This document shows positions 50,492-64,000 of a DNA stretch of 64,000 nt, in pieces. The DNA is from Octopus sinensis. Lineage: Eukaryota. The stretch lies in NCBI RefSeq assembly GCF_006345805.1, contig NC_043009.1, forward strand, positions 28,892,001 to 28,956,000. Direction: 5' to 3'. The notes beneath the pieces were generated by a model. The model was not told the DNA's origin and made no database searches. It was given only the letters and a program-made list of their open reading frames with translations. The translations under genes and the position numbers were made by a program. Every line of letters begins with the position of its first letter. Position 1 is the first letter of the stretch.

Positions 50492-52374
50492 ACTAAGTCA
50501 ACATAAACAGCTGAAATGAATGTTATTATTTTTGTTTGTTACTCTCATAGCACACCAAGCAGATCTTTGATCAAGTGTGTTCTAACCCTGACCATTTCAT
50601 ATTTCATTTAATGTATTTAGAAATACATTATTTAATATGCTTTAGCCTGCTTTTTTAAAAGAGACTATTGAGTGAGTTGTGGTGATTTGAATACTATTTC
50701 TAACCGAGTGACTACATTTTCGTCATTAGTTTGGTATAAGTGTATTTACGAAAGGACAATAAATGTATATTTATACCTCATTCAAGTTAACTTGAATATC
50801 TTTATATTCTGGAAAAAAATAACGATGTGTTGATTTTTTTTTTCAACCGTAACATATCTGTTTTCACAAGTCTGTTGCTTGTTGCAATGATAATATCTAA
50901 AACAAATATACATTTTCTTTTCTTAATTTTCTTATAAAAGAAAGAACCCCATTATATTACTTAGAGACAAAATATATACACACAGCTAAAACACAAAAAA
51001 TAATGGAATGTAAACAAAAAACGAAAAACGAAAAAACTATTAATAAAAAAGCAAGGAAGAACTAAAAAGATTGAGAGTCAAAAATGAAGGGGGAAATAAA
51101 GACAATTATCTCCAATTATTTCTTAATTTTGTGTTCTTCATTCTAATTTTGTTACTGAAGAAGTAAATATATTTGTTCTGATCAAACTATCCACAACAGT
51201 TTAGTATTTCTCTGATAAACAATACTAAGCTGATTTACTAAACAATGAAAAAACTTGAATGAAACACTTAAAAAAAAAAAGAGGGGAGGAATAATATTTT
51301 TGTTTTCATTTTTATATTTATTGCTTGTTTTTCTTTTATATTCAATTACTTATCTTTTTATATACATCATTGATTGATGATTAATGTCTGTGAGTGACTT
51401 TGTTTTATTTAATGATGGAGATAAAATGTCGAAGGTATGACTTGTTAACAAAATATTTCTAAAAAAATTACTATAACGATAATGCTTAAGATTGTATATT
51501 TAAAAAGGATTAAAAAATCGTATTTTGGAAATTCTTCTTTATGAGTATCTTAATGATTATTATAAATACATGCACACAGAGACTCAGCTAAAGTGTACTC
51601 ATCGACATATATATGTTGTGTGTGTGTTAGTGTATGTGTTAGGGTGAGCATCAAGCCATAGAAAATAGTTGAGCATAATGTGGTCATCTAGCTCATTGGA
51701 TCCTGTCAATCTATTCAAACCACCATGGGAAATGAGGATTGTTATACAGCTTACACACACACACATATGAGGTAAGGACCAAAATCGTTCCAGTTTGGAC
51801 TACAAAAGGTCTTTGAATATTTTTGTTGGTCGTAACTATTCATACCAATATGTAATTGCTGACGAAGAATCTAATTTTTATTTCAACTAGTTTTTCGTTT
51901 TTTTCTTTGGAATTAATTAGACTCCAAAATAATTTGTAGAATGTATAATGAATCTGTACCAGCCTGGATTAGGAATTAAAGATCGTCTGCACCTATTTTG
52001 GCATGGTCTCTATGGCTGGATGCCCTTCCTAATGCCAACCACTCTAAGAATGTGCCACCAGCATAGGTGCCAGTGATGTAACACCAGCATCAGCCAATGA
52101 CTACACTCTCACTTGGCTTGACAAGGCTTCTCAAGCATGGTGTATCACCAAAGATGTTGGTCACTTGTCACTGCTTCTGTGAGGCCCAACTTTCAGAAGG
52201 TGCCTTTTACATGTCACCGGCATGGGTGTCAGTGACAAAAAGATATATACACACATTACACACATATATACACACATATATGCACATTACACATCCACAT
52301 GCATGCACACTCATATCTATCTTTGTTTATAAACAACTGTTTGTATATGTCTATGTCTATGTATATGTATGTAT

Positions 52375-52420
<46 letters not shown>

Positions 52421-53274
52421 TAAGTAATATGTTGGTGACTAAAGATGGTATTCTTTATTTCTAGCAATAATAGTTCTTAAAATGAAGCCATCTTTCTGGC
52501 TATGCAGAAGAGAAGAGACAGAGAGAGGAAAAGAAGGAGGATAAAGAAGAAGATAAAGAAGAAGAAGTAATTGTAGAAGATACTTGCATAGAGCGTTGTG
52601 CAGTGGGATTGAACTTAAAGCCATTTGGTTACAAAGCAAACTTCTCAACTACAAAACCATACTTCTGATGCATTGTTTCTTATCACAATAAAATATGTTT
52701 TCTACATTGCTTTTGTATTCTTCCAAATAACAAAATGGTAAAAATTTTCATTGCTGTGTATTTTGTTCATTGGAATGAGTTGTGTTTTCAAAGAACAATA
52801 GTGCTTTAAGCTGCTGGAGCATTCTTAAAACATTCTTATTCTTCAATTATTCATTCAAAACGTTAAATTTCTGTTTATTTTTACAATTTTAAATCCACCG
52901 ACATTAAAATTCTGAATAATAACTAGTTTAAACAATATTTTTGATGCAAGCATTACTGGTAAGACATTAAATTCCTTCCAATTCTTTCAATGTGGAAAAT
53001 CTATAGACTATTTACTGTTTAAAACCATTCTGTTAATCTGGTTTATCAGTTAGTGAAACCATTTAAAATCCTTGCTGTTCTCTGTAACAGTGTTGGCTAT
53101 CATACTTGTATCTTTAAGCAGATCATTGCTCGTGCCAGATCCACCCACCAATTATGGTCATATTGCCAAGCAATGAAATCACAGACAGAATCTTCAGATG
53201 CTAAAGAAATGCCTAATTGATTGTAATAAATTTCTTGCTTTTTTTAAATACTTTTTAGTAGCACAAAACACAGA

Positions 53275-53630
53275 GGGGCAGACACAGTTGTGTAGTTAAG
53301 AAGTCTGCTTTCCAACTACATCATTCTAGGTTCAGTTCCACTATGATCCCACTTGGGCAGGTATTTTCTGCTATAGCCCTGGGTTAACCTAAGACTTGTT
53401 AGTGAATTTAGTAAATGGAAACTGAATGAAACCTATCATGTATGTGTGTGTGTGGGGGCAACAAATATTTAATGGTTAGTGCACTTTCAAAGACCTGGGG
53501 AATAAGAAATCCTTGTACTTGAAAAACAGGCAAGGATTAGCACCAGGAAGGGCATCCAGCTATAAAACAATGCTTCAGTGATATATATTCATCTAACCCA
53601 TTCAAACATGGAAAACAGACGTAGAAACAA
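53275..53630 (+). mobile_element. SINE family B head (53275-53440) and family-G 3' part (53480-53630)
   Basis: Motif matches to other copies. Confidence 0.65.
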
Positions 53631-54059
53631 ATTAACAAGTGCATATAACTTTCTTTGTATATCCATAAGGGTTGAATACGAAATGGGAGCCTAACATCTC
53701 TACTTTTACTTTTTGTAAAAACACATGCATATGACAAAAATGATACCTGTTTAATTTTATTTTAATTAATAAGAATTTAGTTAATGAGTTAATTTAAAGT
53801 TAGGGTAAGTTAATTACGCAGTTTCAAGATTGAATTTTAAACAAAACATTTGGAGTGCTAGCAATTCCCATCAACTTTCTAAACTGTGTGTTTTTGGTGT
53901 AACAATTTGAAATTTTTAGGCCAAAATTTGTCGTCAAAGAAGCTAGGTTGACTTATACATCAAGACGACTTTTGAGATGAAAAGTTCTCTGTGAAATGTG
54001 AAAGGATTTGGAAAGAAAGTGATAATGTTTTAATGCTTAAGCTACGATATACTATGTTG

Positions 54060-54106
54060 ATTTCATCATCATCATCATCACCACCACCACCACCACCACC
54101 ACCACC

Positions 54107-54140
<34 letters not shown>

Positions 54141-54420
54141 TTTAATGTCTGTTTTCCACAGTGGCATGGGTTGGGTTATTTGACTGGAGCTGGCCCGCTA
54201 AAGAGCTGTCCAGACTCCATGTCTATTCTGGCATGGTTTCTACAGCCAGATGCCCTTCCTAATGCCAACCACTTTAATGGGTGTTCTGGATGCTTTTTTA
54301 CGCAGCTCCAGCATGGGTGCATTTATGTGGCACTGGTGCAGGTGCTATTTATGTGGCACCAGCACCCTCAAGCCCACAAGGTTAGGAATGCTCAGCTGGC
54401 GAAAAAGCAACCCTCGTTAC
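54060..54420 (-). mobile_element. SINE family G
   Basis: (CAT/CAC)n tail followed by ttaatgtctgttttcc...gatgcccttcctaatgccaacc. Confidence 0.75.
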
Positions 54421-55603
54421 TTAATACAGGAGCTCTGAGACTGAAAGGGAGAGGAGGAAGTGGGGGATAGGGGGAAAATACCCTTAAGCCAACAACTAAA
54501 CTCTAACATATGCAACAAAGTGAACTCTACTAAAGGAACCAAAAGGGCCAGGTCATGGTGTTAAATTGAGTGACACGTTAAATTTTGGTGGGTTTTGAAT
54601 TAAAAATACAAAAAGCAGGGTCAAATACCACAAGGCATTGGTCTCCTGTTTTCACCATTCCACCAATCATTAGACTGCTGGAATCTTGGATTGGTACTCT
54701 TTAATTTTATCAACCCCCAAAAGTACATAAAGCAAATTAAAATAGTTAACAACTGTGTCTCCCTGAATTTGATTTGAAAATATTTGTTCTTGTGGAAATT
54801 GAAATAAATTGCTTTATTCAGGAAGAAATGCCATCAAGAATTCCAGAGTGGTTTTATTTATTAATTTATATTTATATTTCTTTATTTTCTTCTTATATTC
54901 TTTGATCATTGAGGTACTTTAAAGTTAAACTGATTCCCAGAAGATAGTAGATTTGAACCATACGGAAATTTGTCACTGTAGGGAATAATGCATGCCAAAT
55001 GAAAAGAAAATTCAGAAAAAAAAAAAAGTAAAGATCCAAAATTGAAAGTAAAACTGAAAATAACTCAGTGAAACTAATACCGCCTTCCCATGACAGTGAA
55101 ATGCTGTTTGCTCTGAGGGAATGGAGTTCTTCTCTCTTGTGGGATGAACTTTGAAATAATATTTGTTAAAAGGCTTGTTTAAAATTCCTGAATTCCATCT
55201 AAGAAATATTCTTCATAAGTTTTCTGGAAAGTGTTTAGGAAAACATTTGGTTGGAATGTTAAGTCTATTTCTTGCTTCGTTCACTCACTAACTTGTTTGT
55301 CGTCATCGTTTAAATGTATTTATGCAAACACACACACAAAAACGCATACACACATGCACACACACACACACACGCACTCAAAAAACATACAAACACCTAC
55401 ACACACACATAAACATACACATCCGTTTATGCACGCACATATTAAATGAACATATAAACCAGTAAATGAATGCACAAACAGATATGTGCATATGTGCATG
55501 CGTATGTGCAGACCCATCTATGAATATGTTTATACGTTGTTAATTTTATATCATCATCATCGCTATCACCATCATCATTATCATCATTATCATCATCATC
55601 ATC

Positions 55604-55656
<53 letters not shown>

Positions 55657-56044
55657 GCAGCACAGCTCTTGTTAGTTGGAGATTATCACTACTTGCTTAC
55701 GTCATATAGTCATTGGAATGGATTTCTTTAAAAAGTGATTCCTATGGAAAATATCAAAATTAAATCCTTCAATACTGAATCAATTTCCTTTCTACGAAAC
55801 TCTGTTTGTTTATTTACGTATTTATTTATGTTTATTGCTAAAGTTTTAGCTTTTGTTTTTGTTGTTTTTGTTGATGTTGTTGTTGACGTTGGTGTTGTTG
55901 TTGTTTTATTAAGACACAGCACAAATACAAATAGACAATCGTAGGCACATGATATACAAAATATTCAATACTTGGTTTTATCCCCCACTTTCTCCCTTTC
56001 CCTCTCCCTCTCTCTAATGTGTATGTGCATGTATGCACATTATG

Positions 56045-56122
56045 TGTGTGTATATATATACATAGACATATGCATACATACATACATTCATACATGTATA
56101 TTTATTTATATATATGTATATA

Positions 56123-56191
<69 letters not shown>

Positions 56192-56198
56192 TATATAC

Positions 56199-56255
<57 letters not shown>

Positions 56256-56655
56256 ATGTATTTATGTAATTATGTATATGTATACATACACATAGATAGA
56301 TATAAATTGATAGGTGGATAAATAGATAGACAGTTTAACTGTTAGATGGATGGATAGATTGATAGAAAGACAAATATATATATATATATATATATTCAGA
56401 GGGAGAGAGAGAGATAGTTAGATAGATAAATAAATAGATAGATATATTCATCTCGTCTCGTTCCCCAGCCTCTTTTCTCTTGTGGTTGCAGATCTTTCAT
56501 TCATTATTTACTCACTGCTTTCTAAGTTTCAAAGTCCAATAAATCCTTTCTTACCATTTCTGCTATTTACCTTTCATTTAATCATAACTAGAAATCATCC
56601 CTCTCTTATATACACTCGCACATAGCAGTACACACACATACAAACATACACTTAC

Positions 56656-56726
<71 letters not shown>

Positions 56727-56966
56727 TATATACAGACATATGCCCATATACACATATTTATATGCTTGTCCATACACACATATATTGTACACAAATACGA
56801 TTTGTACACATAAGCTTATTCATGCATACATACAAAAATAAGCAACATTTCACTAGCAGTAAATCAATTTGCAAACCTATACTCATTTGTATGTGCCAAT
56901 ATATATGCATATGTACAAATGAATAGCACCCAAATGCATAACTCTCTCTCTCTCTTTCTCTCTCTG

Positions 56967-57059
<93 letters not shown>

Positions 57060-57071
57060 ATATATATATAT

Positions 57072-57164
<93 letters not shown>

Positions 57165-57180
57165 CACACACACACACACA
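56045..57180. repeat. Three long (TA)n arrays (about 56100-56250, 56655-56725, 56970-57160)
   Basis: Direct reading. Confidence 0.95.
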
Positions 57181-57334
57181 GTCACGTATATGTGTATGCA
57201 TCTGCACACATATTTATAGATTTCCCATGAATAGATACACACACATCATTGATGCCAGGACAAATTTTCACCTTTTCAATTATAAACTTGCTAAACGCGA
57301 ATATTTGTCTTAGATTTTTGACTCAGATTAAAAA

Positions 57335-57425
57335 AAAAACATATATATATATAAGGGAAGATAAAAACATATATATATATAAGGGAAGATAAAAACATAT
57401 ATATATATAAGGGAAGATAAAAACT
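57335..57425. repeat. 29-bp tandem repeat x3 (aaaaacatatatatatataagggaagata)
   Basis: Direct reading. Confidence 0.9.
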
Positions 57426-57871
57426 ATATATATATATATATATACATACATATATATATATATAAGAATGAAATAAATAAGCAAAGAATTTCATAGGTTT
57501 TAGTGATTGAATAAGAATCTTTGCTGACATAAATATTAATTGATTCTTTAACCCAAAAAAAAAGAAAGAAAAGACAAAACTAAATACAAATAAAGGCAAT
57601 TGGCATTGCCTCTAAATTTTTAAAAATCTGTTTTTATACAAAAAATACAGATACTTACAAATATATGTGCATATATCGTTATATTTGAAGGTGTACATTG
57701 AGTTCCAGATATATCCATAAATGTTTGTGTAAGAATAAAAATGTATCGATGTCTCTATTTACACTTATGTGTGTGTGTGTGTGGGGGGGGGTGAATGTAT
57801 GATTGTGTGTTACATTTATTCATGTTTGTGTCTGCTGGAGTTCAGTGTAATTTAGTCCAGTTCCCTACAAT

Positions 57872-58100
57872 TTAACCCTTTCGTTACCATCCCAGCCAAA
57901 ACCTGCTCTGACTCTGAGTACAAATATCTTGTTTTCATAAGTTTTGAACTAAAATCTTTCATCAAACCTTAGTCACAATTTGTGTTCCTCACACTATCTT
58001 GATGATAACCAAATTATTTCACCAAATTCTTTGTTATATTTAAAATAAATTGAAAGAACTACAGAGCATCTCAAAATAAATACAGTAAGGAAAGGTTTAA
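57872..58100. mobile_element. piggyBac-like MITE, uninterrupted copy
   Basis: TTAA-ccctttcgttac ... gtaaggaaaggt-TTAA; colinear with 28427-29034 minus the SINE. Confidence 0.8.
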
Positions 58101-58145
58101 GATTTGTAACATCAGTTCAATTCTAGGCTGAGCAATTTCAATTTA

Positions 58146-58725
58146 TTTCTTTCTTTACTACCCACAAGGGGCTAAACATAGAGGGGGACAAACAAGGACA
58201 GACAAAGGGATTAAGTCGATTACATCGACCCCAGTACGAAACTGGTACTTTATTTATCAACCCCAAAAGAATGAAAGGCAAAGTCGACCTCAGCGGAATT
58301 TGAACTCAGAATGTAGCGGCTGACAAAATACTGCTAGGCATTTCGCCCTGCATGCTAACGATTCTGCCAGCTCACCTTGGCAATTTACTGCTGAACTGAA
58401 ATGACAAAATGAAGCTAAAGTGCCTGTTACATAACATGAAGCAGAACTCCTTAATTATGATCAGATAACTTATTAACTGATTTTTAATTATTATTGTAAT
58501 TTTTTCTCTAAAGATTAAGCTGATTAGGAGCAGAACCACCATAATGGACAAAATGCTTAGCAACATTTCATGTGTTTTTACATTTTCAGTTCAAATTCTG
58601 CCAAGATCAACTTTACCCTTCATCCTTTTGGGGTTGATAAAATGAGTATCAGTTATGTTCTGGGGTCAATGTAATCAGCTTCTTCCTACCCTTAAAACTA
58701 GTAAGTCTAGTGTCAAAATTTGGAG
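58146..58725. mobile_element. Two divergently oriented family-A SINEs (-, 58146-58378; +, 58530-58725)
   Basis: Motif matches to other copies. Confidence 0.8.
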
Positions 58726-59887
58726 CCATTGTTTTTTTTTCTTTAAATATTTCAGAGAAAAAGTGCAGTTTATGTGACCCTTTTCAGGGATCTTCGTCAC
58801 TGGGAAGAGGATTGGGGATTGTTATCCATAGATCAGAAACCTGACCCAGATAGTGACAAAATATTGGATTCTTCCAAAACTACCTAAGGACAAGTTCGTG
58901 GATTTAAACCAGGTGATAATCTAAGTTTATCTTCGATATCACATATGATACACACACAAACAAACACACACAAACACACACACACACAAACACACACACA
59001 CATACACACACATTTTGGTAAGACAATGAGAGAGGGTGGAATATGATAAATATGCTAGCCATGTCCTCTGACATGTCTAGAACGGCAGTAATGACTGCCC
59101 AACAGACATCAACAGAAAAATCAGATGTAAACACAATGATGATGGTGATGATGATGATGACGACGGTGATGAAGATGATGATGACATTGACGACGACGAC
59201 GATGATGATGAGGAGGAGGAGGAGGAGGAGGATGGCAACTACTAACTACTTGCCATGATCAGTTTATTTCACTTTTGAATTATTTGTCCATCTGACCGTT
59301 CAGTTAACCTCGACATCAACACCTCTTCCCTTCACTCACAAGTGACCCTCACACTTAATAGGTAACCCTTGCCCTCCAACACCACTTATATAATTCAACC
59401 ATTTCTGGCATCAAGTTATTTGATTGGTATTTACTTTGTCATCTTATTTATTCCTTTTTATTTCTTAACATTATCTGAGGTGCACAATTCTGGTGAGTGT
59501 AAAGTATTTTGCCTCCAGTTAACCAAAATAGTTGCCATGGAACCATCTTGAAGATGTATTATTGGATAAAGGAATTATGGTAGAATTGTTGAAGTATTTG
59601 GGATACAGAATCTAATTATCAAAAGTTTCAATTGTTTCTGTTTATTCCTTGGTTAGATTTTTGGAAAGTAATCCTTTCTCACCTGAAATGTTCCTCAAAA
59701 TACCTGCTGAATGGCATTTTCATCTCACTGATATTCTATTGATTGCTGAAAAGAGAAATTAAGCTATTTCAATGAGGTTTGGGGAAGGGTTGTTTAGCTG
59801 TGTGGTATAGCATTCTGCTCGTCTGTGTCTAATATCTTTTATCATCTGTAGTACCATCAAGGAGGAATACAAGCCATAAAGGTGACA

Positions 59888-60433
59888 TGTGGAGTCTGAT
59901 CAAAACGTATTAGGACTTTTGCTATAGTAACAGAGCTAAAGCACACAGTGTGAAACCACTTGGCACAGATTGACCTTGGCCTCTGTCACACTTAAGAAGT
60001 AACTCTCACTTCTGTTACTTAAATTCAGTGATTGGAAGTAAAGTGTGTAGAGTGTGGTCGTCTCTAAAAAAAAAAGACTGGGCTTCAGCTGAACAGAATG
60101 TTCTGGAGTGAGTTGAGGAAAATGGAAACTTTTTGAATCATCACAGGTGATGAATCGTGGGTCTATGGTTATGGTCCTGAAATCAATGCTTGAATGGAAC
60201 AAGATTTCAAGACGTTGAGGAAATGCATGAGAATGCGATGAGGAAGATGCTCAATATCTCAATATCTCAAAAATAAAGGAGTTCCAGGAATGCTTCCATC
60301 AATGGAAACAATGCTGGATAAAGCATGTGGCTTCAGGAAGGGGACTAGTTTGAAGGAAATTAATTCTTAAATTGATCTGTGTTGTAGTTTTCTTTTTATA
60401 GCAACAATCTTGATACTCTTTGATTGGATCCCC
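59888..60433 (+). mobile_element. Internally deleted mariner element
   Basis: IITGDESWVYGYGPE at 60138-60182 (first catalytic Asp motif) joins directly to the C-terminus RFQDVEEMHENAMRKML...KEFQECFHQWKQCWIKHVASGRD*FEGN; imperfect ~35-bp TIRs. Confidence 0.8.
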
Positions 60434-61939
60434 TACATCCATAACTGGCCTCTACATTACAATGCACAGCTTCAGTATGAATTTCTGTGGAACAGTTTGT
60501 GAATTGTGAGAATGGTAATCATTTTAGAACTCGATGTCAATGTCTTGAACTGTATTTCATGAATATATATAATTTATTTAAGCTCTTTGTTCCCTTTGCA
60601 ACAAAGGCCATTGAAACTTTTCTCCAGTTCATAAACCTGGGATGTCTTCTCAGATTTTGGTTTTGAATTATCTTTGATACTTCTGTAAATTTTTTTCTAG
60701 GTAGGCGTGTTGGCCCTATGCAGGTCCATTTTTATCTCTAGGAAAAGGGGGTCCATATTAGTCTGATCTTTAACCTTTGACTTATGCAGCATGGGAGGCC
60801 CTACAAGGAGCTTGCACTTCTAGTTTTCTAATATATGCACACAAATCCATGTACATACATGACGGAGGCTTGATTTATCCAATGTTGATTATATCCACAT
60901 ATTGTGATCAATTACATCTACCAACATTATGACAGATCTCCAAGCCTCTAGAAACAGCTGTTGGACTTATATTACCTTTCTTCTTTCCACTTTAATTTTC
61001 TCTGCTATTTGTACTTTGTATAAGTTAGATCTATTAATATGAGTATCTGTATATCTATACAAAAATAGTCATCATCTGAAAGTCTTCACTTTTTGCTTTC
61101 TCTCATTTTGTATGTATACATATATACATATTTTGTATTTCATACCTAAACTGTTATATTTAATATATCTAATTTGTTTATCGACATCTGCTCAACTTGA
61201 TCCCTCTTATATCCCTTGGAATTGATCTACTGTAAAGACATCAGAGTCTAAGTTTGAATATATATACACATAAAAAAATATATTTATATGCAAGCAAATT
61301 GGAAGAACCTTTACTTTTAATTATCTTTTTTTAATCTAAAATTTTTAATTCTTAAATCAATTTTTTAAAAAATCAGATTTTATTTTCATTCTCATTTTTA
61401 TATGTGAATATATATGAACCTTTTATAATGACCCACTTTTTAATATATCCAGAGGTTTAAAATAATGATTCCAAATTTTGGCACGGAGCCAGCTAGTTTG
61501 TGGAGGGGGAAAACTGATTACCTTAACTCCATTACTCAGCTGGTATTTATTTTATCGACCCTGTGGGAAAAATTAAGGAGGAATAAAAGGTTATATAATC
61601 TTATGGAAGACTTTGGACAAGTTGGACAAGTTGGAAGTTAGGGTCTACAAATAGCAATTTTGAATGTTAAGCTGAGATAAAGAGTTATTACCAGTTGCTG
61701 AGAACCAAAAAATTGAAAGTGAATAATGAGGAGTCATCAAATGATACATTATTTCACGTAACATCTGCTTTATATAATGCATCATGAGAAACAGGTATAT
61801 AAAACTAATTCTTTGCATGGGTCAATCATGTGAAGGCTTAAACTGAATTTTGTAAGTGACCAATGCAATCATCTGTCATGTCGACCACCTCTCCACCTAC
61901 CCCAGAGCTCATGGTCCTACAAAGTGTATGGTGACCTCA

Positions 61940-62610
61940 ATAGAGCAGGTGTCACAATAAAAGCAATCACTCCACTCAGCGAAATGATTGGCATTAGGAA
62001 GAGCATTCAGCCATAAAGATCCTGCTAAAACAAACACTGGAGTTTGGTGCAGTCCTTGGACACACACATTGGTTCATGGAACATGGATATTAAATGATGA
62101 GGATGAGGATGATGATGATGATGATGATGATGACATGAAATGTGTTCTGTCAGGGCACAGAATCAAATTATAGGTATCTTCCCAAGGGATCTAATACTAA
62201 CTGAGTGGACTGTGCCTTTTGAAGGTTTAAATATAATACCAGTGAGAAAATTCATGATATATTCACTCTTTCATCAATAACTTTGTAACTAATAACTAGT
62301 TTCATACCAGAACATTTACCATTCCCAGAACTAAATGACTACCAATAAAATCACCTCAGAAAGTAATAACGATATATTTTCCTTCAGTCATTGTTTAATA
62401 TTTGAAGGAAACAAGCTGGCAGAAGCCAGGCAAAATGCATCGTGGCATTTTGTCCTTCTTTGCATTTTGAGTTCAAATTCTGCTGGGGTTGGCTTTGTCT
62501 TTTATCCTTTTGGAGTGGAAAAAATAAGTACCAGTTAACCACTAAGGGTTGATGTAATTGACTTCTTCCCTCCCTTGAAATTGCTGGCCTTGTGACAAAA
62601 TTAGAAATCA
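61940..62610 (+). mobile_element. Family-G SINE 3' end (~61940-62135) and family-A SINE (62408-62610)
   Basis: Motif matches to other copies. Confidence 0.7.
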
Positions 62611-63288
62611 GTGCTTGATATCTGTAAGAGAAGATCATAATGATGGCTTGAAAATATAAGATTTCATTGTTTGTTGTTACTGTTTGTTTAAAGAATTAAA
62701 AATAAAAATAATTTGTCTTTCTTGTAAAAGAACAAAAATAAAATAAAACTAAGAAAAATTTTGATATTATTTATTCTTGGAAAATGTAGGAGGAAGATTT
62801 TGCCCCTAGTTAAGATGCTAAGATAGATTAAAATCATCCATTAAAAACAAAATTCAAAGAAAAAACAATAATATTGAATATAAAATTAAAAAAAAGGTTC
62901 AACATTAAACCAATGCAAAAGTAATGATACTATTTAGCACTGAGGAAATAATGGTCATTAAGAAAGTGCTGACCCCAAGGAGAATTTGGAGGTTGGGGTA
63001 GGGCAAGGACAAAGGAAGAAGATAAAACTTGTAAAAATGAAGTTTAACTAAAAACTGAAATTGGAAGTTAATCATGTATTCCATCACAAGTAAAACCTCG
63101 AGGTAAAATCAAAATTACTAATTATTCAGAATGTTTCTAACACATTTTCACCTTCTGATACATCCATGCCAGTTTTCTTCTATTATTTTCTTTCTTTTAT
63201 TTTTTCTTTTTTCCATTTCCTTCATTCTGAAAATTAAAATCTTATTTAATGATTAGCCCTGCCTTTAAAAGCGATTAATTTATTTTAG

Positions 63289-63479
63289 TTTCATGACCGT
63301 CATCTTCAGTAAGCATCATTAAAGTTATTTTAGTCTGTTGCTTCTCCTCTTCATATATTTTTAATTTCGCTTCTTCCCTCTTCATCAGGTTTGACAGTGA
63401 GCACATACTTGTTTCGATAAACCTAATTTCTATTCATGAAGTTAGAATAGGAGTGGATGAGTATTCTACAGATGCATGA
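63289..63479 (+). CDS. Candidate exon pair around an 80-nt intron (FHDRHLQ/FDSEHILVSINLISIHEVRIGVDEYSTDA*)
   Basis: Donor CA|gtaagc at 63309, long polypyrimidine tract and cag acceptor at 63388; reading phase is compatible across the junction. Confidence 0.25.
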
Positions 63480-63699
63480 ATATTTCAATGCAATTCTCTG
63501 GGTAAATAAGGTTGATTTAATATGTAACATGACTATACCTTTGAATTCCAGGAACAAGCACATGACTCTCTTTCTCTCGTCTCTCTTTCTCTTCTCTCTT
63601 TCTCTCGTCTCTCTTTCTCCTTCTCTCTTTCTCTCGTCTCTCTTTCTCCTTCTCTCTTTCTCTCTCTCTCTCTCACTCACACACACATGCACACACAAT

Positions 63700-63960
63700 C
63701 ATCATTATCGTTCAAAGTCTGTTTCCCATGGTGGCATCGGTTGGATGGTTTAACTGAAGCTGACCAGCTGAAGGGCTGTTCGAGCTCCATGTCTGTTTTG
63801 GCTTGGTTTCTATGGCTGGATGCTCTTCCTAACACCAACCACTTTACAGAGAGTTCTGGGTGCTTTTATACAGCACTGGCATGTTTGCCTTTTATGTGGC
63901 ACTAGCACCTATGAGTCCACACTAGCACCTATGAGTTGTATTGCTGGAGACGTGCCTGTA
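63700..63960 (-). mobile_element. SINE family G
   Basis: gtctgtttcccatggtggcatcggttggatggttt...ggatgctcttcctaacaccaacc. Confidence 0.75.
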
Positions 63961-64000
63961 TTCAAGGGCAACCACACTTTTACTTAGCTTGATGTGTATT

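Overview
AT-rich, microsatellite-saturated eukaryotic DNA, read here as intronic or intergenic. The repeat repertoire resembles octopod cephalopod genomes (recognition from memory, not a search). It comprises several tRNA-headed SINE families with CORE-like segments, RTE and R4/Dong-type LINE 3' ends, Penelope-like fragments, mariner relics and TA- or TTAA-bounded MITEs. No host protein-coding gene can be supported with confidence. Almost all supplied ORFs are translations of microsatellites or SINEs, and only a few weak isolated exon candidates are listed. The most interesting feature is a ~590-bp palindromic element at 3072-3661 with a perfect 12-bp target-site duplication, a tRNA-like centre and a minimal hammerhead-ribozyme motif in each arm. 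A second hammerhead-like motif lies near 50.4 kb. Other points of interest are several retroelements embedded in (TAA)n arrays in one orientation, a 303-bp inverted duplication, a LINE-tail/SINE chimeric tandem array, a mariner relic with two inverted 3' ends, and three microsatellite-bounded 0.6-0.7 kb tandem duplications that may be assembly artefacts. Coordinates of decayed repeats are approximate (about +/-20 bp).
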